Part shown: positions 1-10,902 of the stretch, piece by piece
Numbering within the stretch: position 1 is the stretch's first letter
How the letters are laid out: each line of letters opens with the position of its first letter
DNA from: Gemmatimonadota bacterium
GTDB taxonomy: Bacteria > 4572-55 > J002
Assembly (NCBI GenBank): GCA_003697105.1
Contig: RFFQ01000169.1
Location: forward strand, 1 to 56,384
DNA: 56,384 nucleotides
Reading direction: 5' to 3'
The notes under the pieces: generated by a model
What the model saw: the letters and a program-made list of their open reading frames with translations, nothing else
The model's database searches: none
What the model was told of the DNA's origin: nothing
Made by a program: the position numbers and the translations under genes

Positions 1-1026
1 ACTCCCGCCATTATCGGTGGAGAGTTCCACGCGCGTACCGGCAGGGCTAATCAGATAAATATCGAGGTCGGCATCATAGCTGTGGGTCAAACTGATGGTG
101 ACATCCGCATCGAGGAGTGTCCCCGCGTTGGAAACGGTGATGGTACTTGTTGTGACCGTGCCGCGATCGGGTCCAATGGGTTTGGGTAAATCCGCGGCGC
201 TATTTTCTCCCACAAACGTAAAATTCCAGAAGGTACTATCGCTAATACCGGCGAAATAGTTGCCACTCCCGTCATCAAATGCGGAGTTCGCGATCAGGAC
301 ATAATAACCGGTATAATCAAAATCGGCAGGATTGATTGTCACTTGAGTGCCGGCAATGGTCACGCGGGCATCTGTGCTGGGGAATTGCTCAAACAAAACC
401 CCACCGGATTCATAAATACTGATGTTACCCCCTTGCGCTACCGGCGCCCGATCAAAATTGATGATTAAGTCTGTGCTTTTATTACTATTGAGGTCATTAT
501 CTGGCGGGTTCAAACCGGTTAAGCCGGGTGCGGTGGTTTGGGTAATGTCCAATGACCAGCTATTGAGAGTTCCACTATCGAGGTTGTACACATCTGTGAT
601 TTCCAACGTCCATGTACCTTGGATAGACCAACCATCCAGTAAACTCAGCGAGCCTTCCGGTTGGTAGGTGCCGGTAAAAGGCGGGCTACCGGCAGTAATG
701 GGTGTTCCCGCTTCATCATCAAAAACAGTATTGATATAGTTGTTACCCGAACCCCCGTTTTGCATGGAAAGTTCAATACTAACACCGTAGGGATTGATCA
801 GCTTGATTTCTAAATCCTCATCGTACGTGTGGTTGAGATTGATTGTCACATTGACATCGGTAATCATCGCACTATCGGCGATGGTGATGGTACTTGTTGT
901 GATTGTCCCCGCATTGGGACCAATTGATTTGGGGACATCCGTCGAGGTATAGGTCACGGCAGATACCCCCCCCGGTACAACGAGAAAAAAGCACCACACG
1001 AATAAAAACGTACCTATTGCCTTCAT
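1..1026 (-). CDS. Secreted surface protein with repeated proprotein-convertase P-domains and an Ig-like (Big_5/SbsA-type) domain; 3' end runs off the window
   Basis: Absent from the ORF track because no stop lies in the window. Manual translation from ATG 1026 is open to position 1: signal peptide MKAIGTFLFVWCFFLVVPGGVSA, P-domain (DVNVTINLNHTYDEDLEIKLINP...GTWTLEITD...GTLNSWSL), Ig-like unit (LNPPDND...LIINFDR...VTINP...YYVLIANSAFDDGSGNYFAGI...WNFT), then a second P-domain (DADVTISLTHSYDADLDIYLISPAGTRVELS). Confidence 0.85.
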   Translation of the reverse strand, partial: MKAIGTFLFVWCFFLVVPGGVSAVTYTSTDVPKSIGPNAGTITTSTITIADSAMITDVNVTINLNHTYDEDLEIKLINPYGVSIELSMQNGGSGNNYINTVFDDEAGTPITAGSPPFTGTYQPEGSLSLLDGWSIQGTWTLEITDVYNLDSGTLNSWSLDITQTTAPGLTGLNPPDNDLNSNKSTDLIINFDRAPVAQGGNISIYESGGVLFEQFPSTDARVTIAGTQVTINPADFDYTGYYVLIANSAFDDGSGNYFAGISDSTFWNFTFVGENSAADLPKPIGPDRGTVTTSTITVSNAGTLLDADVTISLTHSYDADLDIYLISPAGTRVELSTDNGGS

Positions 1027-1156
1027 GAACACCTCGATTCTAGAATGGGAAATTGGGGAGAAATGCAGAAATGTGGCGGGATTGAGGCGATGTGTATCTC
1101 GGTTGTAATAAAGATAGGAATAATACAGAGGTCACTGCATCTAAAATGCTATCGGT

Positions 1157-1426
1157 TCAAATATTTACTTGTACCATCAATCCAAAACCACATAATTCCG
1201 CTAAAATTTCTTTGACTTCAGCCTGTACCTCCTCGGGTACATCCCTACAGATCGTCTGAATATGATCGATAATTTCAGTTTCCGTACGGTTTTGGGTGCA
1301 AAAATCCCAGATGAATGCCGCCGTCTGATTCAACGTGTATAGGGTCTGCTGTTCCGATTGGTACAATAGGCGATCTGACGAAAGGTTTTTTTCCTGAACG
1401 TGCGGATTTCGGATAAATGTGGTCAT
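1157..1426 (-). CDS. Stand-alone PqqD/RRE-family protein
   Basis: 89 aa; LYTLNQTAAFIWDFC...TEIIDHI...EVKEILAELCGFGLM fits the PqqD winged-helix signature LN.TG..IW.L.DG...DV..FL..L...GL. Confidence 0.8.
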   Translation of the reverse strand: MTTFIRNPHVQEKNLSSDRLLYQSEQQTLYTLNQTAAFIWDFCTQNRTETEIIDHIQTICRDVPEEVQAEVKEILAELCGFGLMVQVNI

Positions 1427-1451
1427 GTACTGGCATCCAATTAACTGTCAT

Positions 1452-1895
1452 TCAGACGATTTGGATTAAATGTGTCGCCTCCAACTCCTGAATGAATCGG
1501 TTCACATCACGGCGGCATTCTTCAACAGAGCAATGGTAGTATTGGGCGACTATGTGCGTAATTTGTTCTGGTGAATGTTGCCCATCACACAAGCTCCAAA
1601 TCAATTTGCCAGTTTGATTGAGTTGATACTCCTGACCGTGCAGCGACATTACCCGGAACGTATCCGCACCCAACTCAATTCCATATTTTAAGGGACGCGC
1701 GATACTCGAAAGACCCATGACGCGCCGTAGCCAATTCATACCGTTGTAGAACATCCATTGGTGGTACACAAAGCACACCAATCCCAGCCGCACGCCCCAC
1801 CGCCCGATGTATTTGAGAGCACCCCGACGGGTTACCGGATGTTGGGAAACGTGTATCCATTTTTTGAATAGGTTATCATATATCATGATCCACAA
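1452..1895 (-). CDS. PqqD/RRE-family protein with N-terminal twin-arginine-like motif and hydrophobic segment
   Basis: C-terminal YQLNQTGKLIWSLCDGQHS...DVNRFIQELEATHLI (PqqD); N-terminal TRRGALK followed by GVRLGLVCFVY; alternative start ATG 1886. Confidence 0.8.
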   Translation of the reverse strand: MWIMIYDNLFKKWIHVSQHPVTRRGALKYIGRWGVRLGLVCFVYHQWMFYNGMNWLRRVMGLSSIARPLKYGIELGADTFRVMSLHGQEYQLNQTGKLIWSLCDGQHSPEQITHIVAQYYHCSVEECRRDVNRFIQELEATHLIQIV

Positions 1896-1896
1896 T

Positions 1897-2643
1897 TTAT
1901 AACAGGGTTAAGGTATAAATCAAGGTAAATACAGATGATACTAGACTAGCCACCACCGCCCAATCTTGCCACCCCGAAATATGATAACCAGACCCTCGTC
2001 CTTTGGGTACATAGATCGTATCGGTTTCAAGAATAACAATATCTTCTGCCATATTGCCTTTTTCAAAAATGGCTTTGACATCCACTTCAAGGGTTTGGTA
2101 ATGGTCTTCTGTTTTACGTAAAATAATACACTTTGAGGCGGCATTATCGGTTAAGCCGCCCGCTTCTGCCAAATAGTGAGAAACACGATTTCCCTCTACA
2201 TAATTATATTGGCCCGAATACTTGACCTCACCCATAACAGGGATTCGCGTTCGTTGGGCACGGTTATATTCCTGAAATTTTCCCAAACTTACGGAAATAA
2301 TAGGGTCTTTATAATATTTTCGAAATCGTTGTTCCAATTCCTGGGCGACCGCTTCTAACGTTAATCCTTTTACCGGTACCGTACCCACAAGGGGGTACGA
2401 AATCGTCCCGTTTGGTAGAACAACCGCTTCTTGCGAGAGATCGGGTCTGCCATAAAACGATATTTTCAGTACGTCATTGGGTCCAATCACATACCCCGGT
2501 GGCGGGAAATTAGCCGAATCGCGAACTGTCGGACGATTAAAGCCGTCCTGCGCCATGGATGGAGCCGGTATGCCTACTGTAATGGTAAAGAACAAGACCG
2601 TTAAACATAACATGTGTACATGCAAACAAGAAGCGGTTTTCAT
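1897..2643 (-). CDS. Polysaccharide biosynthesis/export protein (Wza/KpsD-like, Poly_export + SLBB)
   Basis: YVIGPNDVLKISFYG...PNGTISYPLVGTVPVKGLT (Poly_export), VMGEVKYSGQY...LAEAGGLT and DTIYVPK (SLBB), C-terminal hydrophobic helix, N-terminal signal peptide; start placed at ATG 2643 (track starts at 2673). Confidence 0.85.
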   Translation of the reverse strand: MKTASCLHVHMLCLTVLFFTITVGIPAPSMAQDGFNRPTVRDSANFPPPGYVIGPNDVLKISFYGRPDLSQEAVVLPNGTISYPLVGTVPVKGLTLEAVAQELEQRFRKYYKDPIISVSLGKFQEYNRAQRTRIPVMGEVKYSGQYNYVEGNRVSHYLAEAGGLTDNAASKCIILRKTEDHYQTLEVDVKAIFEKGNMAEDIVILETDTIYVPKGRGSGYHISGWQDWAVVASLVSSVFTLIYTLTLL

Positions 2644-2996
2644 GAAACATCCCCAACAGGCAAAAATGTGCAATATGCGATGGTAACTGGTAACATTCGG
2701 TGTTTATGCTGGCTGTATCATATGGAAATATAGGTTTTTATATGATCAACAAAAAGCGTACCACCTGAAGTTGATCGGAAAAGCCCATCTTTATAGAACG
2801 TCTTGTCGGGGTAAAATTCAAAGTGTGTTATAAATACCCTAATACTGTAGGGCTACCACCACGCAAAGCGTCTAATTCTATAAAAAATCTGATTCAGATA
2901 GGCGGATTAGGTTTGTAAAAGCAACTTTTTCATAAGTTATGTTAAGGTGTCGCCGGTATTACCCAGAGGTTGTCGAACCTTTTGGGTTCGTTTCAA

Positions 2997-3986
<990 letters not shown>

Positions 3987-4000
3987 AGAATTAACCCCGG

Positions 4001-5023
4001 TTATGATTCCGAAAGTTCAACGGTTTTTTTGGTTTTTGCGGACTGGTAAATCGCATCCACAATCCGCATGACTTCTAGGGCTTCTTCGCCGTTACACATG
4101 GGGGGTGTTCCACTCCGAACATGGTCGATAAAGTAAATCAACTCCTTTTCATAGGATTGTTTATAAACATGTCCCGGTGAGGCCTCGATGGAAGGTGTTA
4201 AATTGACCAAACTATCGTGCATTTCTTTATGAATGCGCAATGGATTCAGCAATGCGCCGCCATGTGTCCCAAAGACATTCAGATAATGGAAATCTTTATC
4301 ACCGAGCAATCCCCACGTTACTTCCACGTTCATGGTGACATCATTTTCAAACCGGATCAATGCCACGGCGGAATCTTCCACGGTTTGTTGGTACACTTTA
4401 GAATGAAATGCGGCGGTTACGCTTTCCACTTTAGGCGCGCCGATGAGCCAACGTCCTAAATCTAGCATGGGCACACCTAAATCCATAAAAACGCCACCTC
4501 CCGCGGTGGTGCGGTGCGATTGCCATGACTCTAAAAAGCTCAGTTTCGGGCGCAACCAGCCTGTTTTTACGTAAAAAATATCGCCCAGTTCTTTTTGCTC
4601 CATGAATTTTTTTAGCAATTGGGCATCTTCCCGAAAGCGATTATTGTACCCCACCATCAATATTTTGCCGGTAGATTGGCTGGCGTCCAAAACTTGTTCT
4701 GTCTCTGCTGCATTTCGCCCCAGCGGGCGTTCGCACAACACGTGTTTACCCGCATTTAAGGCAGAAATAGCAATTTCGGCATGCAGATGGTTGGGGGTAC
4801 AGATGTCCACCGCATCCAGATCGGGTAACTTGACTAAATCGGTATAATCGGTAAAAACATGGGTAACGGCGTATTTCTCTGCCAGTTTTTGAACCTTTGC
4901 CTGATCGGGATCACAGATCGCGGTAATCTCAACGCCATCTAAACGTTGATATGCTGGCAGGTGAGCAATCTGAGCCACTGCTCCCGTCCCGATCACACCT
5001 ATTTTAATGGGTTTGTCACTCAT
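4001..5023 (-). CDS. Gfo/Idh/MocA family oxidoreductase
   Basis: IGVIGTG Rossmann motif, [26 protein letters not shown]. Confidence 0.93.
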   Translation of the reverse strand: MSDKPIKIGVIGTGAVAQIAHLPAYQRLDGVEITAICDPDQAKVQKLAEKYAVTHVFTDYTDLVKLPDLDAVDICTPNHLHAEIAISALNAGKHVLCERPLGRNAAETEQVLDASQSTGKILMVGYNNRFREDAQLLKKFMEQKELGDIFYVKTGWLRPKLSFLESWQSHRTTAGGGVFMDLGVPMLDLGRWLIGAPKVESVTAAFHSKVYQQTVEDSAVALIRFENDVTMNVEVTWGLLGDKDFHYLNVFGTHGGALLNPLRIHKEMHDSLVNLTPSIEASPGHVYKQSYEKELIYFIDHVRSGTPPMCNGEEALEVMRIVDAIYQSAKTKKTVELSES

Positions 5024-5055
5024 GGAAGACCTTTCCTTGAAATGGCTTTAAAAGT

Positions 5056-6471
5056 TTAAATTCCAGCAAGTTGTTGGGCACTTGCCAACAGTTCGGTTAC
5101 GCGTTCTGGGGAGGTTGCTTCGGCATAAAGTCGCAACACCGGTTCTGTACCGGATGGGCGAAACAGCAACCAGCTATCATCCGCCATGGTAAACTTGATA
5201 CCGTCAAAATCATCAATTTGGACGACAGGAACACCGTTGATGTCTGCCGGCGGATTCGTTTGTAATTTCGGCACCACCCCGGCTTTAATCGCATCCGCAC
5301 AGTGGGCATCAATCCGGTCATAATAAAATCGACCAAATTCAGCCCAAACATCCGCTAAAATGAGGTCAAGCGGTTTGCCCTCGATTTCGATCAATTCCAA
5401 CAGGAGTAATCCGGCCAGAAGGCCATCTCGTTCGGGGATATGCCCTTTGAAACCGATCCCCCCGCTTTCTTCTCCACCGATCACAATGTCGCGGTGACGC
5501 ATGTGTTCGCAGATATATTTGAACCCGACCGGTGTCACAAGCACTTCCCGATTATATTTTTGGGCGATTTTGTTGATCAGTTGGGTGCTACTGATGGTCT
5601 TGACAATGTCCCCCGGCAATCGTCGATGTTTAATCAGATGGAGGGTCAGCAGGGCAAACACCTGATGCGGATTGATAAAATTGCCCTGCCGGTCTACCAC
5701 ACCAATGCGATCGGCGTCACCATCGGTTGCCAGACCAATATCTGCCTTCTCCTGCCGGGTACGTGCCATCAGAGGTTGTAAATTTCGGGCAATGGGTTCG
5801 GGGTCTCGCCCGCCAAAATAGGCATCGCGTTCCCCAGCAATCGTAAGGACGGTATATGGTAATCCATCCAGCAGGCGGGCGGTGTAGTTCAGCCCTGCAC
5901 CGTGCATGGAGTCCACCACAATTTTACCGGATCGACCGGAATTCCTACCAAGTGTTACCATGCGGCGGCAAAAATCCACATACGGCGGGGAAAAATCCGT
6001 GATCTCAATAACATGCTCGGCACATGCGGTGTCAAATGCCAGTCGCTGGGGGGGGTGTTGGTACAAGCGTCGTTCAATGGCGCGAGTCGTCTCTGTATCT
6101 GCTGAGCCACCAAAATACGGTTTAAACTTAAATCCGTTAAAGGGGTAAGGGTTGTGGCTCGCCGTGATCAAAATCCCGGCACCCGCGTTAAGATAGGGCA
6201 CCATGTAGGAGATCACCGGGGTCGGAACCACTGCATCCGAGAGCTTGACCGGAATGTGATTCCCTGCCAGAACTTCCGCCGCCGCACGCGCAAATTGTTC
6301 TCCCATAAAGCGATTATCATAGCCAACCAACACACCTTTTTCTGCCAATTCGGGGTGATCCTCCCGGAGATAATCGGCAACGGCTTGTGTGACGATCCGC
6401 ACGTTATCAAAGGTAAAATCTTCGGCAATAATACCACGCCAACCATCGGTACCAAATTTAATTTTTGTCAC
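5056..6471 (-). CDS. Phosphoglucomutase/phosphomannomutase family protein
   Basis: FGTDGWRG, catalytic TASHNP, metal-binding DGDADR, GEESG, RPSGTEP. Confidence 0.95.
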   Translation of the reverse strand: MTKIKFGTDGWRGIIAEDFTFDNVRIVTQAVADYLREDHPELAEKGVLVGYDNRFMGEQFARAAAEVLAGNHIPVKLSDAVVPTPVISYMVPYLNAGAGILITASHNPYPFNGFKFKPYFGGSADTETTRAIERRLYQHPPQRLAFDTACAEHVIEITDFSPPYVDFCRRMVTLGRNSGRSGKIVVDSMHGAGLNYTARLLDGLPYTVLTIAGERDAYFGGRDPEPIARNLQPLMARTRQEKADIGLATDGDADRIGVVDRQGNFINPHQVFALLTLHLIKHRRLPGDIVKTISSTQLINKIAQKYNREVLVTPVGFKYICEHMRHRDIVIGGEESGGIGFKGHIPERDGLLAGLLLLELIEIEGKPLDLILADVWAEFGRFYYDRIDAHCADAIKAGVVPKLQTNPPADINGVPVVQIDDFDGIKFTMADDSWLLFRPSGTEPVLRLYAEATSPERVTELLASAQQLAGI

Positions 6472-6475
6472 AAGG

Positions 6476-7885
6476 CTACCTTTTGTGTTGTTCGAGTTTC
6501 AAAATAGAGGTGGTTTGGGGTCGAATTTTCGCCCACTCGGCAATTTCATGCCCGGCCACCCATAACATGGCATCTCCGGCGAAAATTAGTGGAATAGCAT
6601 CCCGCATTAAGCGGGGCACTTTAGCGTCAATTAGGTACTTTTTTAATCGTTTCGGTTGCTCCAGCCCCAACGGTTGAAAACGGTCACCTGCCCGGCGGGA
6701 ACGCACCAGCAACACATCACCGGCGGATCGAATCCGTACCGCCTCCCAATCAAAGTAAGCCTGATTGGGGTCGTGCCGGCTGAAATCATCCGTAAATTGA
6801 GCCCGGGGGATAACCTCTGCCCGCAACGTGACCTCTCCCCACCGAACCGAACCGGGAACGGTGAACTGAACCGTCCTGGTATCCGGCAAGGTTTCGTTAA
6901 AATCCGTATCCAAAACCAATCGAGATGCTTCACGTAGGGCAACGATTCCGGCTGGAAGATGAAGCTGTTGCCCCGAGCGATTTGCCAAAGCGAGCACTAA
7001 ACACGCTTCAATATGGTGGAACGTCAAGGCTTGTAAATGATCCGCCAACTGCGAAATTGCCTGATATATCAAGCGACGCTGAATCGCTATATCATATGTT
7101 ACAAAAGTAGGAAGATCAATATAAATCTGGTGGGCCGTGACGGGAATTATACAGGCTTGGGCGGCTTCTGCGGTTAACCGGCTCAGCAGATCATTTTCGG
7201 CACGGAACAACTCTGCCAGTTGTGCCAAATGGGGTTTTAACGCCGGGTTTGCCTGTTCGTGTAAAAACGGAAATATCGTGTGCCGGACGTGGTTGCGAAA
7301 ATAATCGGTTTTAGCGTTGGAGGAATCTTCCCGGTACGCTAACTGACGGTCTTGCAGATATTGCACCAGCGACGCGCGGGACTGGTTCAACAACGGGCGG
7401 ATGTATGGGTCTCGTCGAGGGGCTATACCGCTTAATCCTCGCAATCCTGAACCGCGCAAAAAGCGCATTAACACCGTTTCGGCTTGATCATCGGCGGTGT
7501 GTCCCGTCGCGATTTTAGTTGCCTGACATGCTTGCGCCACTTCTTCAAAAATCGCGTAGCGGGCTTGCCGGGCAATCTCTTGCACAGACCCTTTTTCGGA
7601 GGCGATTCGCGCGCTAATACCGGCAGTTTGAAGGGTCACCGGCAGTGCATACTGATCCGCTAATTGCCGGACAAATTGCGCATCGGCATCGGATTCCGTA
7701 CCGCGGAGTTGGTGATTGACATGAACAATCTGAAGGGAAAGATCAAGTTGGGGGCGTAACCGGTAGAGTATGTCCAGCAAACAAACAGAGTCTAACCCAC
7801 CGGAAACGGCAACCAGTACCCGATCTTGAGGACCCAGTAACTGGTGGCGCTCAATATAGCGCAGTACAGAGGATAGCATGGGCAA
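6476..7885 (-). CDS. tilS: tRNA(Ile)-lysidine synthase
   Basis: PP-loop AVSGGLDS, HVNHQLRG, ARQARY, GHTADDQAET, IRPLL, EDSSN, C-terminal KRLKKYLIDAKVPR domain; start TTG 7885 or ATG 7879. Confidence 0.95.
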   Translation of the reverse strand: MPMLSSVLRYIERHQLLGPQDRVLVAVSGGLDSVCLLDILYRLRPQLDLSLQIVHVNHQLRGTESDADAQFVRQLADQYALPVTLQTAGISARIASEKGSVQEIARQARYAIFEEVAQACQATKIATGHTADDQAETVLMRFLRGSGLRGLSGIAPRRDPYIRPLLNQSRASLVQYLQDRQLAYREDSSNAKTDYFRNHVRHTIFPFLHEQANPALKPHLAQLAELFRAENDLLSRLTAEAAQACIIPVTAHQIYIDLPTFVTYDIAIQRRLIYQAISQLADHLQALTFHHIEACLVLALANRSGQQLHLPAGIVALREASRLVLDTDFNETLPDTRTVQFTVPGSVRWGEVTLRAEVIPRAQFTDDFSRHDPNQAYFDWEAVRIRSAGDVLLVRSRRAGDRFQPLGLEQPKRLKKYLIDAKVPRLMRDAIPLIFAGDAMLWVAGHEIAEWAKIRPQTTSILKLEQHKR

Positions 7886-7920
7886 AATAAAAAACCTCGA
7901 TTCGAGGCGGAATCGAGGTT
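7884..7920 (-). terminator. Intrinsic terminator downstream of the tRNA pair, abutting the tilS start
   Basis: Minus strand AACCTCGATTC-CGCCTC-GAATCGAGGTT followed by TTTTATTTT: 11-bp stem plus U-tract. Confidence 0.75.
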
Positions 7921-7932
7921 CACTGGCAAAGT

Positions 7933-8009
7933 TGGTAGCGGTGGAGGGACTCGAACCCCCGACACGCGGATTATGATTCCGCTGCTCTAACCAGCTGAGC
8001 TACACCGCC
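7933..8009 (-). tRNA. tRNA-Met (CAT), elongator type
   Basis: GGCGGTGTAGCTCAGCTGGTTAGAGCAGCGGAATCATAATCCGCGTGTCGGGGGTTCGAGTCCCTCCACCGCTACCA: 77 nt, cloverleaf, CAT anticodon, encoded CCA; acceptor stem resembles elongator Met. Confidence 0.9.
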
Positions 8010-8071
8010 AGTTGAAATCGGCTCAAAAATAAAAATAAGTTTGATGAATTTCATCAAACCTAACGGAAATA

Positions 8072-8148
<77 letters not shown>

Positions 8149-8169
8149 TCCTTTTTTCAAGCGAGTGGG

Positions 8170-8198
8170 AATATATGTATAACCAAGGCAGGTGTCAA
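8170..8198 (-). promoter_or_regulatory. Sigma70-type promoter of the tRNA operon
   Basis: Minus strand TTGACA-17 nt-TATATT followed by GC-rich discriminator CCCACTCGC, about 20 nt upstream of tRNA-fMet. Confidence 0.85.
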
Positions 8199-8372
8199 GG
8201 GTTTTTTCCGTTTTATTTAACGAACATGTGATTTGAGAGGCGGAAGAGGGCCAGATAAAATTCCGAAGCTGTGGTGTCACCGGAAAAACCGTCGATTTTT
8301 TATGCGGATCGTATTATATTGTGCGCCGACGACAACATCTACTCATATCAACCATGAAGGAGCCGGAGGTTT

Positions 8373-10811
8373 ATGGCAACACGAAAAAGCAGATCACGGG
8401 TATTAAAACTCAAATCTATTACATTACGCTATGAAGATGTCATTCGAGATTACCGTTGTGCAATTAAGAGCCGGGAAGCCAGTCTGTTAGGGCGAAAAGA
8501 AGTCATGGGCGGTAAGGCAAAATTTGGTATTTTTGGTGATGGGAAAGAAGTCCCCCAACTTGCCGCCGCGCACTCCTTCCGCAAAGGGGATTTTCGGGCA
8601 GGCTATTACCGCGACCAAACGTTCATGTTGGCGTTGGGGGTGGTTTCATTCCATGAATATTTTGCCCAGTTGTACGCCCATGCGGATGTAAATGCCGAAC
8701 CGGCGACTGCCGGACGGTCTATGAATGCCCATTTTGCCACACGATTGCTCAATCCCGATGGGACTTGGAAGGAACTCACCGAAATGTATAATTCCGCTGC
8801 CGACCTCTCGCCGACGGGTTCCCAGATGCCCAAGTTGGTCGGTCTGGCGTATGCGTCCAAATTGTATCGCCATGTGCCGGAACTCAGCACCTTTACCCAA
8901 TTCTCCAAAAATGGAAATGAAATCGCATGGGGAATGATCGGTAATGCCTCTTGTGCGGAAGGCATGTTTTGGGAATCTATCAATGCGATTGGCGTCCTCA
9001 AGTCTCCGGCGATTATCTCTATTTGGGATGACCACTACGGAATTTCGGTGCGAAATGAGCATCAAGTTACCAAAGAGGATATTTACGAACTCCTCAAAGG
9101 ATTCCAATGCAAACGAAGCACTATCCCTTATGATGGATTCGAGATTTACACCGTCAAAGGATGGGATTATCCCAAATTGGTAGAAACGTATGCCAAAGTT
9201 GCCCAAGCCGTCCGTAAAGACCACCATCCCGCCATTATTCACGTGGACGAAATCACCCAACCGCAGGGGCACTCGACCTCCGGCAGCCATGAGCGGTACA
9301 AATCCCGTGAACGGCTGGAATGGGAAAAAGAATTTGATTGTATTAAAAAAATGCGAGAGTGGATGATCGATAAAGGCATCGCCACTCTTGAAGAATTGGA
9401 GCAATGGGAAGAGGAAGACCGTGCCGAGGTGCGCCGCATTCGAGATGAAGCGTGGGAAGCCTTTATCACCCCAATTCAGCAGGAAAAAAAGACGGTCATC
9501 GACCTGTTTGACCAGATCGCGGCAGAATCGACTACCAAACCCGCCTTGGAACCCATCAAAACCACATTAGATAAAGTACCTGTATTGGGGCGTAAGCATT
9601 TGATGTCTGCGATTCAACAAGTGCTAATTGCCACCCGGCAGGAACCCCATCTGCCGGCACGGCAACGCCTCATTGACTGGAAACGCCAACAAGATGTTCT
9701 CAATACGGATCGCTATAGCTCACATCTTTACAGCGAATCGGAACGTTCCGCACTGAAAATTCCTGAAGTTAAGCCGGTCTATTCCGAAAAGTCGAAAATG
9801 AAAAACGGCTTTGAAATTCTCAATATCTGTTTTGATAAGATGTTGGAGCGTCATGATCGTCTGATTGCCTTTGGGGAAGATGTGGGCGAGTTGGGAGGTG
9901 TCAATCAGGGATTTCGGGGATTGCAAGATAAATATGGATTGTTGCGCGTCTCAGATACCGGTATCCGGGAATGCACCATTATCGGGCAGGCAATTGGGAT
10001 GGCGATGCGCGGCTTACGCCCTCTGGCAGAAATTCAATATCTGGATTACATTTTGTATGGCTTACAATTGATGTCCGATGACCTGGCGACGTTACATTGG
10101 CGCACCAAGGGTGGCCAAAAAGCACCCGTCATCATCCGCACGCGAGGGCACCGGCTGGAAGGAATTTGGCATGCGGGCTCACCCTTAGCGGGAATTCTGA
10201 ACCTAGTACGTGGAATACATGTCCTTGTCCCCCGTAATATGGTGCAAGCCGCCGGATTTTATAACACCTTGCTAGCATCCGATGACCCGGGTCTGGTGAT
10301 TGAGGTGCTCAATGGGTATCGATTAAAAGAACGCCTGCCCGATAATATCGGTGAATTCACTTTGCCGTTAGGTGTCCCTGAAGTGCTACGGCAGGGTACA
10401 GATGTCACCCTGGTGACGTATGGCGCCTGTTGCCGGTTAGCATTGGAAGCCGCAGAACGGTTGGCACAAGTGGATATCGAGGTCGAAGTGATTGATGTGC
10501 AAAGTCTGCTACCGTTTGATCTCAAGGGAATCATCGTGGAATCTCTGAAAAAAACCAACCGGATCCTCTTTTTGGATGAAGATGTCCCGGGCGGGACAAC
10601 GGCGTATATGATGCAGGAAGTTCTGGAAAAACAGGATGGGTATCACTGGCTAGATTCCAAGCCACGTACTCTTCCGGCAAAGCCGCACCGCCCGGCGTAT
10701 GGCTCCGATGGTGATTATTTCTCCAAACCGAACGTAGAAGATATTTTCCGGGAAATCTACCAGATGATGCACGAGTTTTCGCCGGCAGATTACCCCCTAT
10801 TTTTGGACTAA
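8373..10811 (+). CDS. Fused 2-oxoacid (probably branched-chain) dehydrogenase E1 alpha/beta
   Basis: GKAKFGIFGDGKE, GYYRDQT, GNASCAEG, GHSTSGSH, then transketolase-type FGEDVG, DTGIRE, AEIQYLDY, DEDVPGG; SD GGAGG. Confidence 0.92.
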   Translation: MATRKSRSRVLKLKSITLRYEDVIRDYRCAIKSREASLLGRKEVMGGKAKFGIFGDGKEVPQLAAAHSFRKGDFRAGYYRDQTFMLALGVVSFHEYFAQLYAHADVNAEPATAGRSMNAHFATRLLNPDGTWKELTEMYNSAADLSPTGSQMPKLVGLAYASKLYRHVPELSTFTQFSKNGNEIAWGMIGNASCAEGMFWESINAIGVLKSPAIISIWDDHYGISVRNEHQVTKEDIYELLKGFQCKRSTIPYDGFEIYTVKGWDYPKLVETYAKVAQAVRKDHHPAIIHVDEITQPQGHSTSGSHERYKSRERLEWEKEFDCIKKMREWMIDKGIATLEELEQWEEEDRAEVRRIRDEAWEAFITPIQQEKKTVIDLFDQIAAESTTKPALEPIKTTLDKVPVLGRKHLMSAIQQVLIATRQEPHLPARQRLIDWKRQQDVLNTDRYSSHLYSESERSALKIPEVKPVYSEKSKMKNGFEILNICFDKMLERHDRLIAFGEDVGELGGVNQGFRGLQDKYGLLRVSDTGIRECTIIGQAIGMAMRGLRPLAEIQYLDYILYGLQLMSDDLATLHWRTKGGQKAPVIIRTRGHRLEGIWHAGSPLAGILNLVRGIHVLVPRNMVQAAGFYNTLLASDDPGLVIEVLNGYRLKERLPDNIGEFTLPLGVPEVLRQGTDVTLVTYGACCRLALEAAERLAQVDIEVEVIDVQSLLPFDLKGIIVESLKKTNRILFLDEDVPGGTTAYMMQEVLEKQDGYHWLDSKPRTLPAKPHRPAYGSDGDYFSKPNVEDIFREIYQMMHEFSPADYPLFLD

Positions 10812-10902
10812 TTGCCCCTGAGGAACGATTCGGTTTCGCGAGTCTCAAACATCTCAGTATTATGTTTAACCCTAAAACCCTAAATATTTATGGAGGTTTA
10901 CA

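Noticed and set aside
87-667. Short ORFs 87..278 and 422..667 in the track
   Set aside because: They overlap the real minus-strand CDS 1..1026 in other frames or on the opposite strand.
2849-2900. ops-like GGTGGTAG (minus strand) and ATCTGA-T-TCAGAT palindrome upstream of the wza-like gene
   Set aside because: Imperfect match to ops (GGCGGTAGnnTG), no JUMPStart context, and too short to support.
7933-8009. tRNA-Ile2 (TilS substrate), suggested by adjacency to tilS
   Set aside because: The acceptor stem GGCGGTG/CACCGCT and anticodon arm look like elongator tRNA-Met; left to a covariance-model check.
8646-9404. 252-aa antisense ORF within the E1 gene, and similar antisense ORFs throughout the window
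   Set aside because: Antisense shadows of well-conserved genes with no independent coding signal.
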